Assembly: GCA_964619365.1 (NCBI GenBank)
Contig: CAZUDQ010000001.1
Span: forward strand, 50,929-114,928
DNA from: an uncultured archaeon
GTDB lineage: Archaea > Altiarchaeota > Altiarchaeia > JAFGQM01
DNA: 64,000 nt
Reading direction: 5' to 3'
The notes below the pieces were generated by a model. The model ran no database searches and was not told the origin of the DNA. It worked only from the letters and a program-made list of their open reading frames with translations. Each line of letters opens with the position of its first letter. The first letter of the stretch is position 1. Shown piece after piece: positions 18,871 to 28,324 of this stretch. A program made the position numbers and the translations under genes.

Positions 18871-19347
18871 ATGGACAAAATAATCAGATTAGACAGAAGA
18901 CATCTTGAAGAGCTTGTACTGATAGATTTTGAGTCCGACCACCAAGGCGACCGGGAAGAAAGAATCACAAAAGCCCAAATGAAAAAGAGGGTCAATGAGC
19001 GTTTTGACTCTTGCCATGAAATTTTCTTCGGGCTTAGACATGGGAAAGAACTAGTCGGTTATGTGACACTTAAGCCTTTCTTTCCAGGTTATAAACACTG
19101 TGAAATCTATTGGCTTTCAGTAAAAAAGAGAGTTCAGGGACTGGGTGTGGGGACAACACTAATAAGATTCATTGAAAACTACGCAAAGAAGCATGGCTTT
19201 AGAAAAGCATTCCTTTATACTGGAAAGAACATGAAGCTCACAAGAGGATTCTATGAAAAAATGGGATACTCCTTAATCAATGAATTCCCGGATTATTATT
19301 CTTCTGGGAGGAACACTACTGCAGTTTTATATGCCAACTCACTCTAA
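18871..19347 (+). CDS. GNAT family N-acetyltransferase
   Basis: Acetyl-CoA motif A (V...VQGLGVGT.L) and N....GFYEKMGY. Confidence 0.88.
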   Translation: MDKIIRLDRRHLEELVLIDFESDHQGDREERITKAQMKKRVNERFDSCHEIFFGLRHGKELVGYVTLKPFFPGYKHCEIYWLSVKKRVQGLGVGTTLIRFIENYAKKHGFRKAFLYTGKNMKLTRGFYEKMGYSLINEFPDYYSSGRNTTAVLYANSL

Positions 19348-19362
19348 TTGGCTTAACTATGC

Positions 19363-19620
19363 TTAGGCGGATTTTCTGCTAATCCAAACGGTCTTAAAGT
19401 ACGGCAGCGAAAGCGTTGAGAATATAAACGCTGCGCTTGGAACAAGCGCGCTTAAGAAGGGATAAGGAAGCTCTGCGACAATAAAGAAAACAAGTATTAC
19501 AAAATATGTAAGAACTGCAAGAATTATCTTTCGCGCGATGCTAGTTTCCCAGGCTTTATCAAGCTCTACACGACAGTTCCTTTCTTCTATTGCTTTAACC
19601 CTTTCTTCAATACTTGTCAC
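19363..19620 (-). CDS. Small two-TM membrane protein
   Basis: IEERN.RVELDKAWETS followed by two hydrophobic helices; GTG start. Confidence 0.65.
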   Translation of the reverse strand: MTSIEERVKAIEERNCRVELDKAWETSIARKIILAVLTYFVILVFFIVAELPYPFLSALVPSAAFIFSTLSLPYFKTVWISRKSA

Positions 19621-19689
19621 TTTTCCTTAGGATTTACCCGTACTATGTATAAAACTCTCGCTTTTCTTTTTCCTCATCTAATATCACCT

Positions 19690-21546
19690 ATGCCCAAAGT
19701 CCCTTCCAAAAAAGGCATGTTTAGTGCAACGCCATTTTTAGGCGCCATAATATTTTTAATCGTTGCAGGGATAGCTGTTGTAATCGTTGGGGAAAACGAG
19801 GCGCGGCTTGAGATTGCGCGTTCCACATATGCCAATGGTCGCCTGCAATTTATTGCCCAAAGCATAATGGCAGACAGTTATAACGTCCTTTTGCAACGAA
19901 GCCTTGAAGAAGGCACTATCGATTTCATGAAAAAGGAATACAATATCAATACTCAAGAAGGGTGGGAAGACGGTCTCAGGCAGAGTCTCGCCAGTCATTA
20001 TGCCAAGACCATGGGCGACGATCTTGGTGTCGATCTTGAAGCTTACGGCATAGCATACAAGAACATCCCTAATGTCAAGGACTGTACTGTTGAGAGTGTG
20101 GCTGAAGGCTTTGCACTTCCTTCGGTTGAAGCAAGCTGGAGTGAGGAGCCTACACTTGTTGCTCAGACAGTTTCTTTCGGACAAAAAATAACCTGTGTGG
20201 GTCGCGAACCGCCAAGAAGCGTTTCTGTTGATATTGTCGGGAGAAGATATAATATAGACATCAGATTGCCAAAACTTTATGAAGTGGCAACAAAACTTAT
20301 TGAGAAAGCAAAGGCTGCAATAAATGGACAGGGAGAATCCTTGGGTATAACCGAGCCTGTAGCAGAATTTAAAAGCTCGAAATGGGTACTTGTAAAGACA
20401 ACAGATAACCTTCCAAGCGACCCGAGTTACGGTGGTCTTGAAAATATCGTCACAAATTGGAAGGGAGTAGCATCAGGCTTTGCGAGTAGGTTTAAGACTT
20501 ATGCCCGCGACTTTATCGCAAACGATATGAATGAGGAAGCAATTACTTTAAGTGAATTCTTAGTTGTCGGTGAGGATGGCAAAGAGTTGATTCTGGAGAA
20601 TTTTGAGGTCGCGTGTAAAGGTGGGGATATCGATATGCGAAATTGCATTCCCTTTAGGATAGACGCAGTAATAGGAAACGGGGGATGTCCATGGGGTGAG
20701 GCTCCTGAAAACAAGAACAACCCTGTTTATAGCGTAAAGTCCTTTAACCCACGCTGTGATGATAAGTCTTGTGCTTCTGCTGCAACAGAAGCGCTCAAAA
20801 AGATGGTGGCACCTCTTGGAAATCTTTGCATAAATTATTATGCCTCTGCCGATTCAGTCTATGCGGCATGCAAAGCCTGGATTGCAAAACCGAGATCAAT
20901 TGAACTTAAAGGGACACTAAGTGACACGGAATACACAGTTGGCGATAATGAAATAACAGAATTTAAATTTACAGATGAGCATTCAAATGTCCGTACCCAA
21001 ACGTTAAGTGAGACGCGCCTGACCTGCAGGGAAGGAACGGAAGGCAGCGAAGTCTATAAGGATAATGTCGGTCGTGTGCTTGAAAAAGTTGTGATAAAAA
21101 TCGGGGCGGCAAAAGGGAAGTTAAGCGAGCGTGTGCGCTGGGAAGACAAAGGAAGTGTGGTATCCCAGATAAGTAACGCCCAGCTTGTGCAAATCTATGA
21201 AGAGACTTACGGGAAAGACACAAAACCCATTGTGTGTTTTGATGATAACTCAGGTGTTGAAAGCGACCCAACATGTGAGAGTGCTGATTATCTGAATAAA
21301 CCAAGAATTGAGCTTAGTGTTGACTGGAGTGCAGCACGAACTGAATGCAACGTTCGTGCAAATGACTTGTGTTCTGCACTTGGTGGCGGTTCTGTTAAGT
21401 CTTCAGCATCAGCCCAAAGTTTTTGCAAGAGCCTTTTCCCTGAGATTTCGGCTGGAGAAAAGCTTGTTTCGGGCGGTAAAGGAGTTCTCCAATGCTCCCT
21501 TGGAGAGCACACGATTGCAATAGATTTCCTTCAAATGAGTCTTTGA
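19690..21546 (+). CDS. Large Cys-rich exported protein with class III (pilin-type) signal peptide
   Basis: From ATG 19690: MPKVPSKKG|MFSATPFLGAIIFLIVAGIAVVIV, i.e. basic KKG followed by a hydrophobic stretch; many Cys in the mature part. Confidence 0.6.
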   Translation: MPKVPSKKGMFSATPFLGAIIFLIVAGIAVVIVGENEARLEIARSTYANGRLQFIAQSIMADSYNVLLQRSLEEGTIDFMKKEYNINTQEGWEDGLRQSLASHYAKTMGDDLGVDLEAYGIAYKNIPNVKDCTVESVAEGFALPSVEASWSEEPTLVAQTVSFGQKITCVGREPPRSVSVDIVGRRYNIDIRLPKLYEVATKLIEKAKAAINGQGESLGITEPVAEFKSSKWVLVKTTDNLPSDPSYGGLENIVTNWKGVASGFASRFKTYARDFIANDMNEEAITLSEFLVVGEDGKELILENFEVACKGGDIDMRNCIPFRIDAVIGNGGCPWGEAPENKNNPVYSVKSFNPRCDDKSCASAATEALKKMVAPLGNLCINYYASADSVYAACKAWIAKPRSIELKGTLSDTEYTVGDNEITEFKFTDEHSNVRTQTLSETRLTCREGTEGSEVYKDNVGRVLEKVVIKIGAAKGKLSERVRWEDKGSVVSQISNAQLVQIYEETYGKDTKPIVCFDDNSGVESDPTCESADYLNKPRIELSVDWSAARTECNVRANDLCSALGGGSVKSSASAQSFCKSLFPEISAGEKLVSGGKGVLQCSLGEHTIAIDFLQMSL

Positions 21547-21623
21547 TATGGGACCCTGAGTACTGCTTTGACTGTGTCGTTTATTATGTATTGGTTTTTT
21601 ATCCAGTATCCCCAAATTAGGCG

Positions 21624-22277
21624 ATGCTTTTTGACCACCATATCCATTCAAAGTATTCTGAAAAAGACTCGCTTTCAGAAATCGATGACATTATAAGGAA
21701 GGCTCAGGAGTCCGGGCTTGGCGCAATTGCAATTAGCGACCACAACGCAATGAAAGGTAGTCTTCTTGCCTCAAAGAAAAAGGTAAAGGACTTAATTATA
21801 ATCCCCTCAATTGAAATCAGCACAAAAGACGGACATGTAATCGGTCTGGGGGTGGATGAAATTATTCCCCAAGGCCTTAGTGCCAAGGAAACTGTCGGAC
21901 TTATCCATAAGGCTGGTGGTATTGCTATTGCCGCCCATCCATATGATGCGATAAGAAGCGGTATCGGCGACCTTTGCTGGAAACTCGCTTTTGATGCTAT
22001 AGAACTAAACGGGCATTGTTTACACGGGAATGGGAAAGCACGTGAGATGGCAAAAGTCCATTCAAGACCCCTTGTCGGCGGGAGTGACGCACACGCCATA
22101 GCCGGTATAGGTGCCGTATGCACAGAGGTTGAAGGCTCAACGGCTGGGGAGATAATGGGAAATATCAGAAGCGGTAAGTGTTGTCCTGTTATAAGGCGCA
22201 GTGGAATAGAATTAAAGGGGGCTATTCTTGCAGATAAGATTTCCAGAAACTATCAACTTCTTGCCCACAGATTATAA
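21624..22277 (+). CDS. PHP domain phosphoesterase
   Basis: DHHIHS, AISDHN, EIST..GH, AAHP, GGSDAH. Confidence 0.9.
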   Translation: MLFDHHIHSKYSEKDSLSEIDDIIRKAQESGLGAIAISDHNAMKGSLLASKKKVKDLIIIPSIEISTKDGHVIGLGVDEIIPQGLSAKETVGLIHKAGGIAIAAHPYDAIRSGIGDLCWKLAFDAIELNGHCLHGNGKAREMAKVHSRPLVGGSDAHAIAGIGAVCTEVEGSTAGEIMGNIRSGKCCPVIRRSGIELKGAILADKISRNYQLLAHRL

Positions 22278-22589
22278 AGAAGCAAGAGTCTCTTTAAGAA
22301 GGTTTTTTCCGTTCTCGATTTCTTTTTTGCCCTTCTTGGTTATTGTGTAATATTTTCGTTTCCGCCCAGTCCCTTCCTCTTTTTTCTCGATTGCGACAAA
22401 CCCTTCTGACTTAAGGGCATAAAGAACTCTATACGCTGTGACTTTTCCCGGAAGAAACCCAAACTGTGCTTTTACTGTTTCCCTTAGCTCATAACCGTAA
22501 AAATCCCTTGTAGAAAGGAGAGACAGTATGTAGAGCCAGAGGTTCTCTGTTGTAAGCTTATTCCTAAGGCGTGAGGAAGGTGTTGGCAT
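22272..22589 (-). CDS. PadR family transcriptional regulator
   Basis: ILSLL....YGYEL, Y.VLY.L..EG.V, RKYYTIT.KG. Confidence 0.9.
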   Translation of the reverse strand: MPTPSSRLRNKLTTENLWLYILSLLSTRDFYGYELRETVKAQFGFLPGKVTAYRVLYALKSEGFVAIEKKEEGTGRKRKYYTITKKGKKEIENGKNLLKETLASL

Positions 22590-22626
22590 TTTTCCTTTAT
22601 TTAAGATTTACAGCTATAAAATAAGA

Positions 22627-23310
22627 GTGAAAACATCAAGAATGGGCGCAACGTTGGGACAACACTTCATGGTGGACGAAAAAATCCTTGATTCTGTTGT
22701 TAATTCTGCGGAGCTTAATGGAAAAGAAATAGTCCTTGAAATAGGTCCGGGGAAAGGCGCTATGACAGGAAGGCTTTGTGCCTCTGCAAAAAAGGTCATT
22801 GCAATAGAGCGCGACTCTCTTCTTGCAAGCGCTCTTGAAGGGAGATGGGATAATCTTGAGGTAATAGATGGTGATGCCCTTCGAATTGATTGGCCATCTT
22901 TTGACAAATGCATCTCAAATCTGCCATACTTTATTTCAAAACCATTCATCCTTAGCTTGCTAGCGCATGAATTCGAGCTTGCAGTAATCGTGGTTCAAGA
23001 GGAATTCGCACAAAAACTAGTCACAAGCCCAGGAAGTAAACAATATGGTGTCGTATCTGCATGTACGCAATTATGTGCAGAGATTGAACTTCTGGACAAA
23101 ATCCCAAAAAACGCGTTTTCCCCACAGCCAAAGGTTAAGTCGCGGGCAGTACGTTTAAGACAAAAAAAGGTTCTTGAAAAAGACTTTTTGGAAGGAGCAA
23201 GAAGACTTTTTACGCGCAGAAATCAAAAGATAGGAGAGATGAGGCTTCGTGATATGAATCCTAAGGAAATAGAGGAGTACCTTCGGGCACAAAAATGGAA
23301 CCATGACTGA
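22627..23310 (+). CDS. rsmA: 16S rRNA dimethyladenosine transferase (KsgA/Dim1), short C-terminus
   Basis: LGQHF, VLEIGPGKG, SNLPY.IS, QEEFA, F.PQPKVKS. Confidence 0.92.
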   Translation: MKTSRMGATLGQHFMVDEKILDSVVNSAELNGKEIVLEIGPGKGAMTGRLCASAKKVIAIERDSLLASALEGRWDNLEVIDGDALRIDWPSFDKCISNLPYFISKPFILSLLAHEFELAVIVVQEEFAQKLVTSPGSKQYGVVSACTQLCAEIELLDKIPKNAFSPQPKVKSRAVRLRQKKVLEKDFLEGARRLFTRRNQKIGEMRLRDMNPKEIEEYLRAQKWNHD

Positions 23311-23869
23311 GATTATAGATTTTAAAGACGCAGACTTGCGCGACATATCCCAAAGAATAAAATCCGGCGCCGTATTTGCATACCCTACAGATACTGTTTA
23401 TGGTATTGGATGCAACGCGACAAATCGTGAGGCGATATTGCGGATTTTTGAGATAAAAGGACGAAACAATCAAAAGCCTATGTCTGTTGCATTCGCCTCG
23501 GCTGATGATGTAATAAGATATGTTGATGTCGATAAAAGAGAAACTGAGGAGATAAAAGAACGCTTGCCAGGTCCCTTTACACTTATTGTGAAAAATAAGG
23601 GAATACCAAAGGAAGCTGTGTGTGGTCTTGAAACACTTGGAATTAGAATTCCTGATTATCCTTTGCTCCTTAAACTCATAAAAAAATCAGAGTGTCCTGT
23701 AGTAACAACCTCTGCAAATATTTCAGGCATGCCACCCGCAAGCCAGTTTTCCGAAATTCCAAAAGAGATAATAGATTCTCTTGATTTTGTTCTTGTGGAT
23801 GATGACGTGCCAAGTGGCAAAGCGTCACGGGTTATTAATCTTGTCAGTGGCAAAATACTAAGGGACTAA
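23303..23869 (+). CDS. L-threonylcarbamoyladenylate synthase (TsaC/YrdC, single domain)
   Basis: YPTDTVYGIGC, IK.R...KP, PGPFTL, GIRIPD, TTSAN.SG. Confidence 0.93.
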   Translation: MTEIIDFKDADLRDISQRIKSGAVFAYPTDTVYGIGCNATNREAILRIFEIKGRNNQKPMSVAFASADDVIRYVDVDKRETEEIKERLPGPFTLIVKNKGIPKEAVCGLETLGIRIPDYPLLLKLIKKSECPVVTTSANISGMPPASQFSEIPKEIIDSLDFVLVDDDVPSGKASRVINLVSGKILRD

Positions 23870-23878
23870 AATTTTATA

Positions 23879-25300
23879 ATGGCTTATCATACGTTTTTTA
23901 CAAAAGTAAGGGGAAAGCGCGGCAAATTAACAGGCATGCGTGAAGTGGGTTCTGATAAGTCTGTTAAAGAGCGAGCAAAAACGGGCTTTGAAGTTGAATT
24001 CCTCCTTGTTGATAAGGACGGAGGTGTTTCAAATGAAGCTGATAAGGTTCTTTTGCATATAGAAAACAAAGAACTGGCTCATGAGGCTGTAAAAGAGTGC
24101 TGCCATTCTTACATTGAGATGGGAGTCTATCCAAGAATCTATGTCAGAAACGTTGCGGCAAAGTTCCTTGAAGACATGGTCGGGGTCCTTGATATCGCCG
24201 AGGAGTATGGCCTAGAGTTTTTCCCCATGGCAATGTATCCATATGACTATGAGCCAAAAATGCGCGAGTCTGAATGGTACGGCGTCAAAAAGAAGCTTTT
24301 TGGTGATAAATGGGAATACGCGGGACGTTGCGCGGGCTTTCATTTTCACTACTCTTTACCAAAAGGAATCTTTGACTATTCTAAAAGGAATCTTATAGAG
24401 CATGCAAAAAGAGGTGAAAAACAAAAGACTGTCAATTGTTTTAATTTTGGCATAGCAATTGACCCCGCGCTTTGTACACTAACACAATCATCACCAATCT
24501 TCAAAGGAAGCTATCTGGGCAAAGACTCGCGTATGCTTCTTTATCGTGGAGGGCCAGCACTAGGTTATGACGGACTTTATGACAAGTATCAGGAATTTGG
24601 CGCCCTGCAGAATTATGTTACAACCTATGATGACCTTGACAAAAGAGCAAAAGCACGATTAGAGGGCTGGCTCGAAATCGTAGGCAATGCTGGGGGAGAT
24701 CTTGAGGAAGTGAAAAAGAAAAACGTCCTTGATATATCCTGGAATCCTGTTAAAGTAAACAAAGTCGGGACAATAGAACTAAGGAATATGGACATGAATA
24801 TGCCTTCAACTTTAATGGCTGTTGCAATATTATCAAAATATGTGCTGCGCGATATCCAAAGACGGGAGATTGAAGTCATTCCTGATGAGCTGGCAATCGA
24901 AGAGCCTTTTAAGCTTGAATCTGCAGGCGCTGACGGGGGCGTTGAGCGGCTTTATATCCCGCCATTCTCTTATGTTAATAACGTTTTGCAGAGGGATTGT
25001 GCCTGGGATGGAATGGACTCTGATGCGCTTTATGATTATGTCAAGGCGTTTTATACGCTTTGCTCGCGCTTTACAAACAAGAAGTATACTCCGATTTTGC
25101 GTCCTGTGCGCGAGATGGTCAAAAAACGTGCAACAAGGTCTGATGAGATACTACGACTTGTTCGGAAAGAAGGTTATAACGCAAGGGAAGAGAAAGTGCC
25201 GAATGAAGCCCTAAAAGAGCTTGTTTTGTTTTATTCATCAAAAACCAGAAGCGATATAGAGAATACAATAAAGCTCATGAATGCCCTTGTCGAGGACTAG
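23879..25300 (+). CDS. Glutamate-cysteine ligase family 2 (GCS2/YbdK-like carboxylate-amine ligase)
   Basis: TGFEVEFLLVD, KEC...YIE, GFHFH, SSP...G, R, GTIELR.MD. Confidence 0.72.
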   Translation: MAYHTFFTKVRGKRGKLTGMREVGSDKSVKERAKTGFEVEFLLVDKDGGVSNEADKVLLHIENKELAHEAVKECCHSYIEMGVYPRIYVRNVAAKFLEDMVGVLDIAEEYGLEFFPMAMYPYDYEPKMRESEWYGVKKKLFGDKWEYAGRCAGFHFHYSLPKGIFDYSKRNLIEHAKRGEKQKTVNCFNFGIAIDPALCTLTQSSPIFKGSYLGKDSRMLLYRGGPALGYDGLYDKYQEFGALQNYVTTYDDLDKRAKARLEGWLEIVGNAGGDLEEVKKKNVLDISWNPVKVNKVGTIELRNMDMNMPSTLMAVAILSKYVLRDIQRREIEVIPDELAIEEPFKLESAGADGGVERLYIPPFSYVNNVLQRDCAWDGMDSDALYDYVKAFYTLCSRFTNKKYTPILRPVREMVKKRATRSDEILRLVRKEGYNAREEKVPNEALKELVLFYSSKTRSDIENTIKLMNALVED

Positions 25301-25325
25301 GAAACCTGGCTTTAAATTAAAAGTA

Positions 25326-25404
25326 TGGTAGCGGGGGTGGGATTTGAACCACACGACCTCCGGGTTATGAGCCCGGCGAGCACTCCTGGCTGCTCAACCC
25401 CGCT
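25326..25404 (-). tRNA. Initiator tRNA-Met(CAT), CCA encoded
   Basis: A1-T72 pair, three consecutive G-C pairs in the anticodon stem (CCGGG-CTCATAA-CCCGG), TTCAAAT T loop, ends ACCA. Confidence 0.94.
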
Positions 25405-25512
25405 AGTAATCTCTAAAGAAAAAGCGCTCATTTTGAAGTTATAGATTAAAAAGGCATAGAGTCAAACTGCCTTAGGCTTCGCTTTTTAGCCTTAGAATTT
25501 GGGATTTTTACT

Positions 25513-26898
25513 TCAAAAGGTCTTCATGAATTCCCAAAAAGATGTGTTTTTTATCCCCTGGATATTAGAATTGACTTTTAGGTGGAACTTGCAGGGAGTC
25601 TCGCGCAGGCATTTTCCAAACCCTTTTTTCTCCTCTAAGTAGTATTTGACAAAATCGTCTGCGTGCCTAAAGCGCCTTTCTATGTCTATTGCCCAGTGAC
25701 CGTCCTCAAGATATGGTTTTGATATGGCAATTTTCCTGTTTGCCTCAACAAATCCTTTTAAATCGGCGACTTTTGAATCAAAGAAGGGACCCATTTTCTT
25801 TTGTGCTCTTGGTAATGACGAGACATCAAACTCCAGGACTAGGCCGGCTTTTTTGCCATCTGTCCAAAAGTCCTTTTTCATAACAGAAAAGCCTTCGCGC
25901 TCGGCTGCTGCCCCCAATGCATTAAGACTCTTTGAGAGTTGTGGTATGAGTGTGTCTTCAATTAATTTTGGAGCTTCAAAATATATGCAGATTAGGTTTG
26001 TCCCGCGCACAGAAAGATACTTATAAAACTCCTTTTTGGACATTATTCCTTTTTTCTCCCCGTAAAAGAATTCCTTTCTGGGTTTTTCAAGGAATGCTTC
26101 GGCAAGTAGCATGAAATTTGCCATTTTCTCAATAGAGACTGCCGCAGCGACGTTTCTTGTTTCATCAACTGGGTCTATGAAGACTAGAGGGACTGATGAA
26201 AAGCGTTTTTTAAGAACTGGACCTTCTACTGAAATGTGTTCTCCGTGCACCCATTTTGAGGCGGCATCAAGAACCTTGATAAACGAGCCGTATTTAATGA
26301 CTAAAAGTTCGCATAAATACCCTGAAAAGCCTTCGACAGCCGCGTGCGCACCATAAATGTTATTGCCCTTCATGAATTTTTTAAGGAGGAGTGTGTCAGA
26401 CTGTAATTTTGGCTTTGACTTTATTTTTGAGAGGACAAAATCTGTGTGTAAGGGTGTTCTGTCAACGGCACTTTGTATCTTGCCGCCTTTTTTTATCTTG
26501 TAGCATGGGACAATTTCGACTACAAACCCTTTATAGTCACCTTTTATGTAGGGGTGCTCGGCATAACTCATCTCACTTTTGCCACCCACTAGTTCAAAGA
26601 ATTTACGCCCTGCCATAATTCCTTTTGCTTCAAGCTCCTCGCGCTCGACATCTGGAGGGAACTGAATGAAAATATCAAAGTCCTTATCTCCTGCAATATC
26701 AGTTCCTTTTGCTATGGAACCAACAAGCATTACCTCGGCTTTCGGATTTGCACCCTTTGCAACAGCGCCCACCATCTCAAGAAGGTCTTTAAGAAGCCCT
26801 GCTTCTTTCTTACGTTCTTCTGGACTGGGCGTTATATCAGAAAGAATATGTGAAAGAAACAAATTAAGATTGACCTTTGGCAGACTTTCTGTTTCCAT
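25513..26898 (-). CDS. cca: CCA-adding enzyme (class I)
   Basis: GSIAKGT....DFDIF, YAEHPY, EIVPCY, SAVDRTPLH, GFSGYLCELL, DPVD..RNVAAA. Confidence 0.96.
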   Translation of the reverse strand: METESLPKVNLNLFLSHILSDITPSPEERKKEAGLLKDLLEMVGAVAKGANPKAEVMLVGSIAKGTDIAGDKDFDIFIQFPPDVEREELEAKGIMAGRKFFELVGGKSEMSYAEHPYIKGDYKGFVVEIVPCYKIKKGGKIQSAVDRTPLHTDFVLSKIKSKPKLQSDTLLLKKFMKGNNIYGAHAAVEGFSGYLCELLVIKYGSFIKVLDAASKWVHGEHISVEGPVLKKRFSSVPLVFIDPVDETRNVAAAVSIEKMANFMLLAEAFLEKPRKEFFYGEKKGIMSKKEFYKYLSVRGTNLICIYFEAPKLIEDTLIPQLSKSLNALGAAAEREGFSVMKKDFWTDGKKAGLVLEFDVSSLPRAQKKMGPFFDSKVADLKGFVEANRKIAISKPYLEDGHWAIDIERRFRHADDFVKYYLEEKKGFGKCLRETPCKFHLKVNSNIQGIKNTSFWEFMKTF

Positions 26899-26932
26899 AT
26901 AGGATTAATGGAAAGATTTATAAAAAGGAGAG

Positions 26933-27400
26933 TTAATTCGAAAATTTCGAATAAATCTCTTCAGCGGTTTTATTTATGGTCTCAAGTTCGGCGCGAATAT
27001 TGTTCCCGTCAGAAAGAAGCTTGTTTAAATCCTCTTCAAGCTTTGCCTTTCTCTCGATAAGATAAGCTTTTGCATCTGGGGATGCTTTGGCTACTTGAGT
27101 ATCGCCACCTACTGAGATTATAAAATTCTCTTTATCAGTAAGCTTTGCCTTGACAAAGACTCCGGCACCTATCGGGACAAGTACCTCATCGCCTTTTTCC
27201 TGAGGGAGAGTCTCTACGAGTCCAACAACAGACTCAAGTTCCATAAGAACCTGCTCTGCCATTGCCGCCTGCTGGCCCATCTCTGAAAGCGCCTGCTGGT
27301 AAGACCTAGATTTTATCATGAGCTCCTGGAGCTTTCTCTGGTCGCTCTCTGAAGGTCCTTTTGCTTGGGTTTTGTTTCCAGGCATGTTTTTTTCGCTCAT
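26933..27400 (-). CDS. pfdA: Prefoldin alpha subunit
   Basis: Coiled coils flanking EVLVPIGAGVFVKA...SVGG; conserved position after LX. Confidence 0.9.
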   Translation of the reverse strand: MSEKNMPGNKTQAKGPSESDQRKLQELMIKSRSYQQALSEMGQQAAMAEQVLMELESVVGLVETLPQEKGDEVLVPIGAGVFVKAKLTDKENFIISVGGDTQVAKASPDAKAYLIERKAKLEEDLNKLLSDGNNIRAELETINKTAEEIYSKFSN

Positions 27401-27576
27401 ACTGTTGTTTTTTCTACTTTATCGATGTTTATCCAGCGTCTCTTTGTGCCGTGTGCACTTCCATAAAGTGTATAGAGGCGCTCTTTTGCCGCATCCTCAG
27501 AATCGGCTTCGAGCTCTTTTGTAAACTTTTGTATCTTTTTGCCTATTCTAAGATTTCCGCTTAGTGTGTACTTCAT
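27397..27576 (-). CDS. rpl18a: 50S ribosomal protein L18Ae/LX (eL20)
   Basis: Manual translation MKYTLSGNLRIGKKIQKFTKELEADSEDAAKERLYTLYGSAHGTKRRWINIDKVEKTTV; ATGA overlap with pfdA; below the ORF track cutoff. Confidence 0.9.
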   Translation of the reverse strand: MKYTLSGNLRIGKKIQKFTKELEADSEDAAKERLYTLYGSAHGTKRRWINIDKVEKTTV

Positions 27577-27624
27577 TTTGTTTTGTTGTTTTTGAAACTT
27601 TATGTTATAAAATGTCTTGATGCC

Positions 27625-28290
27625 CTAAAGGAAGCCTAAGGCATCGTTTGCATATTCTATTTCTATTGGTGTTGTCTTTTCTGATATTACCATGCCTTTG
27701 GAGTTTGCAATAAGATGAGAACCTACGGACTTTTTCCCCATATCAAGAGAGGCTCTTCCGCCCGAAACTCCAAATATTTCTTTCAGGTAATCGAGTTCTT
27801 TGTCAGCGGCATCCGGAGTCACAACAAATCCTTTGTTTGTCGCAATGCAAATGGAACCCACTTCTGAAGAATCTGCAATTCGCCCACGCTCTGTTTTAAA
27901 GCCGAGCGCGTCGTCAATCATCTTTTTTGCTTTATCAGAAAATACGTCACTTATTATCCCACCATTGTCATTTGCACAGACAAGATTCCCAAGTGCTGTG
28001 AACTTATCAGAGACTATCTGTACTTTAGGTACAATCTTTCCTATTGCCACAATCTCAGAATCCTCTGAAAGGTATGGCAAAAGAATTGCATTAGAATTGC
28101 CTGCTGACATTATTCCAGGAAGCATGAATGCTGAGACTGTTGTTTGAAGCACGGGGACATCCAGTTTCTCTGAAAGATCCTCTGCTTTTGTTTCAGTGAC
28201 TCTGTTTGAAAGGATACAATATGCATCGCTTGCAAAACCAAAGAGACCAAGACAGCCTTCGCCCATGAAATTAGTCCGTGCAATTGCCAT
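27625..28290 (-). CDS. eif6: Translation factor aIF6
   Basis: GNSN.ILLP, TALGNL..AND.G, VGS...ATNKG, ANSKG......TT..E; conserved synteny. Confidence 0.92.
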   Translation of the reverse strand: MAIARTNFMGEGCLGLFGFASDAYCILSNRVTETKAEDLSEKLDVPVLQTTVSAFMLPGIMSAGNSNAILLPYLSEDSEIVAIGKIVPKVQIVSDKFTALGNLVCANDNGGIISDVFSDKAKKMIDDALGFKTERGRIADSSEVGSICIATNKGFVVTPDAADKELDYLKEIFGVSGGRASLDMGKKSVGSHLIANSKGMVISEKTTPIEIEYANDALGFL

Positions 28291-28324
28291 ATCAAGCTTA
28301 TAATGTGCTGAGACAAAAAGCCCC

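Noticed and set aside
18776-19620. Integrated element at tRNA-Leu
   Set aside because: No integrase and no duplicated tRNA 3' end seen; only two small accessory genes follow.
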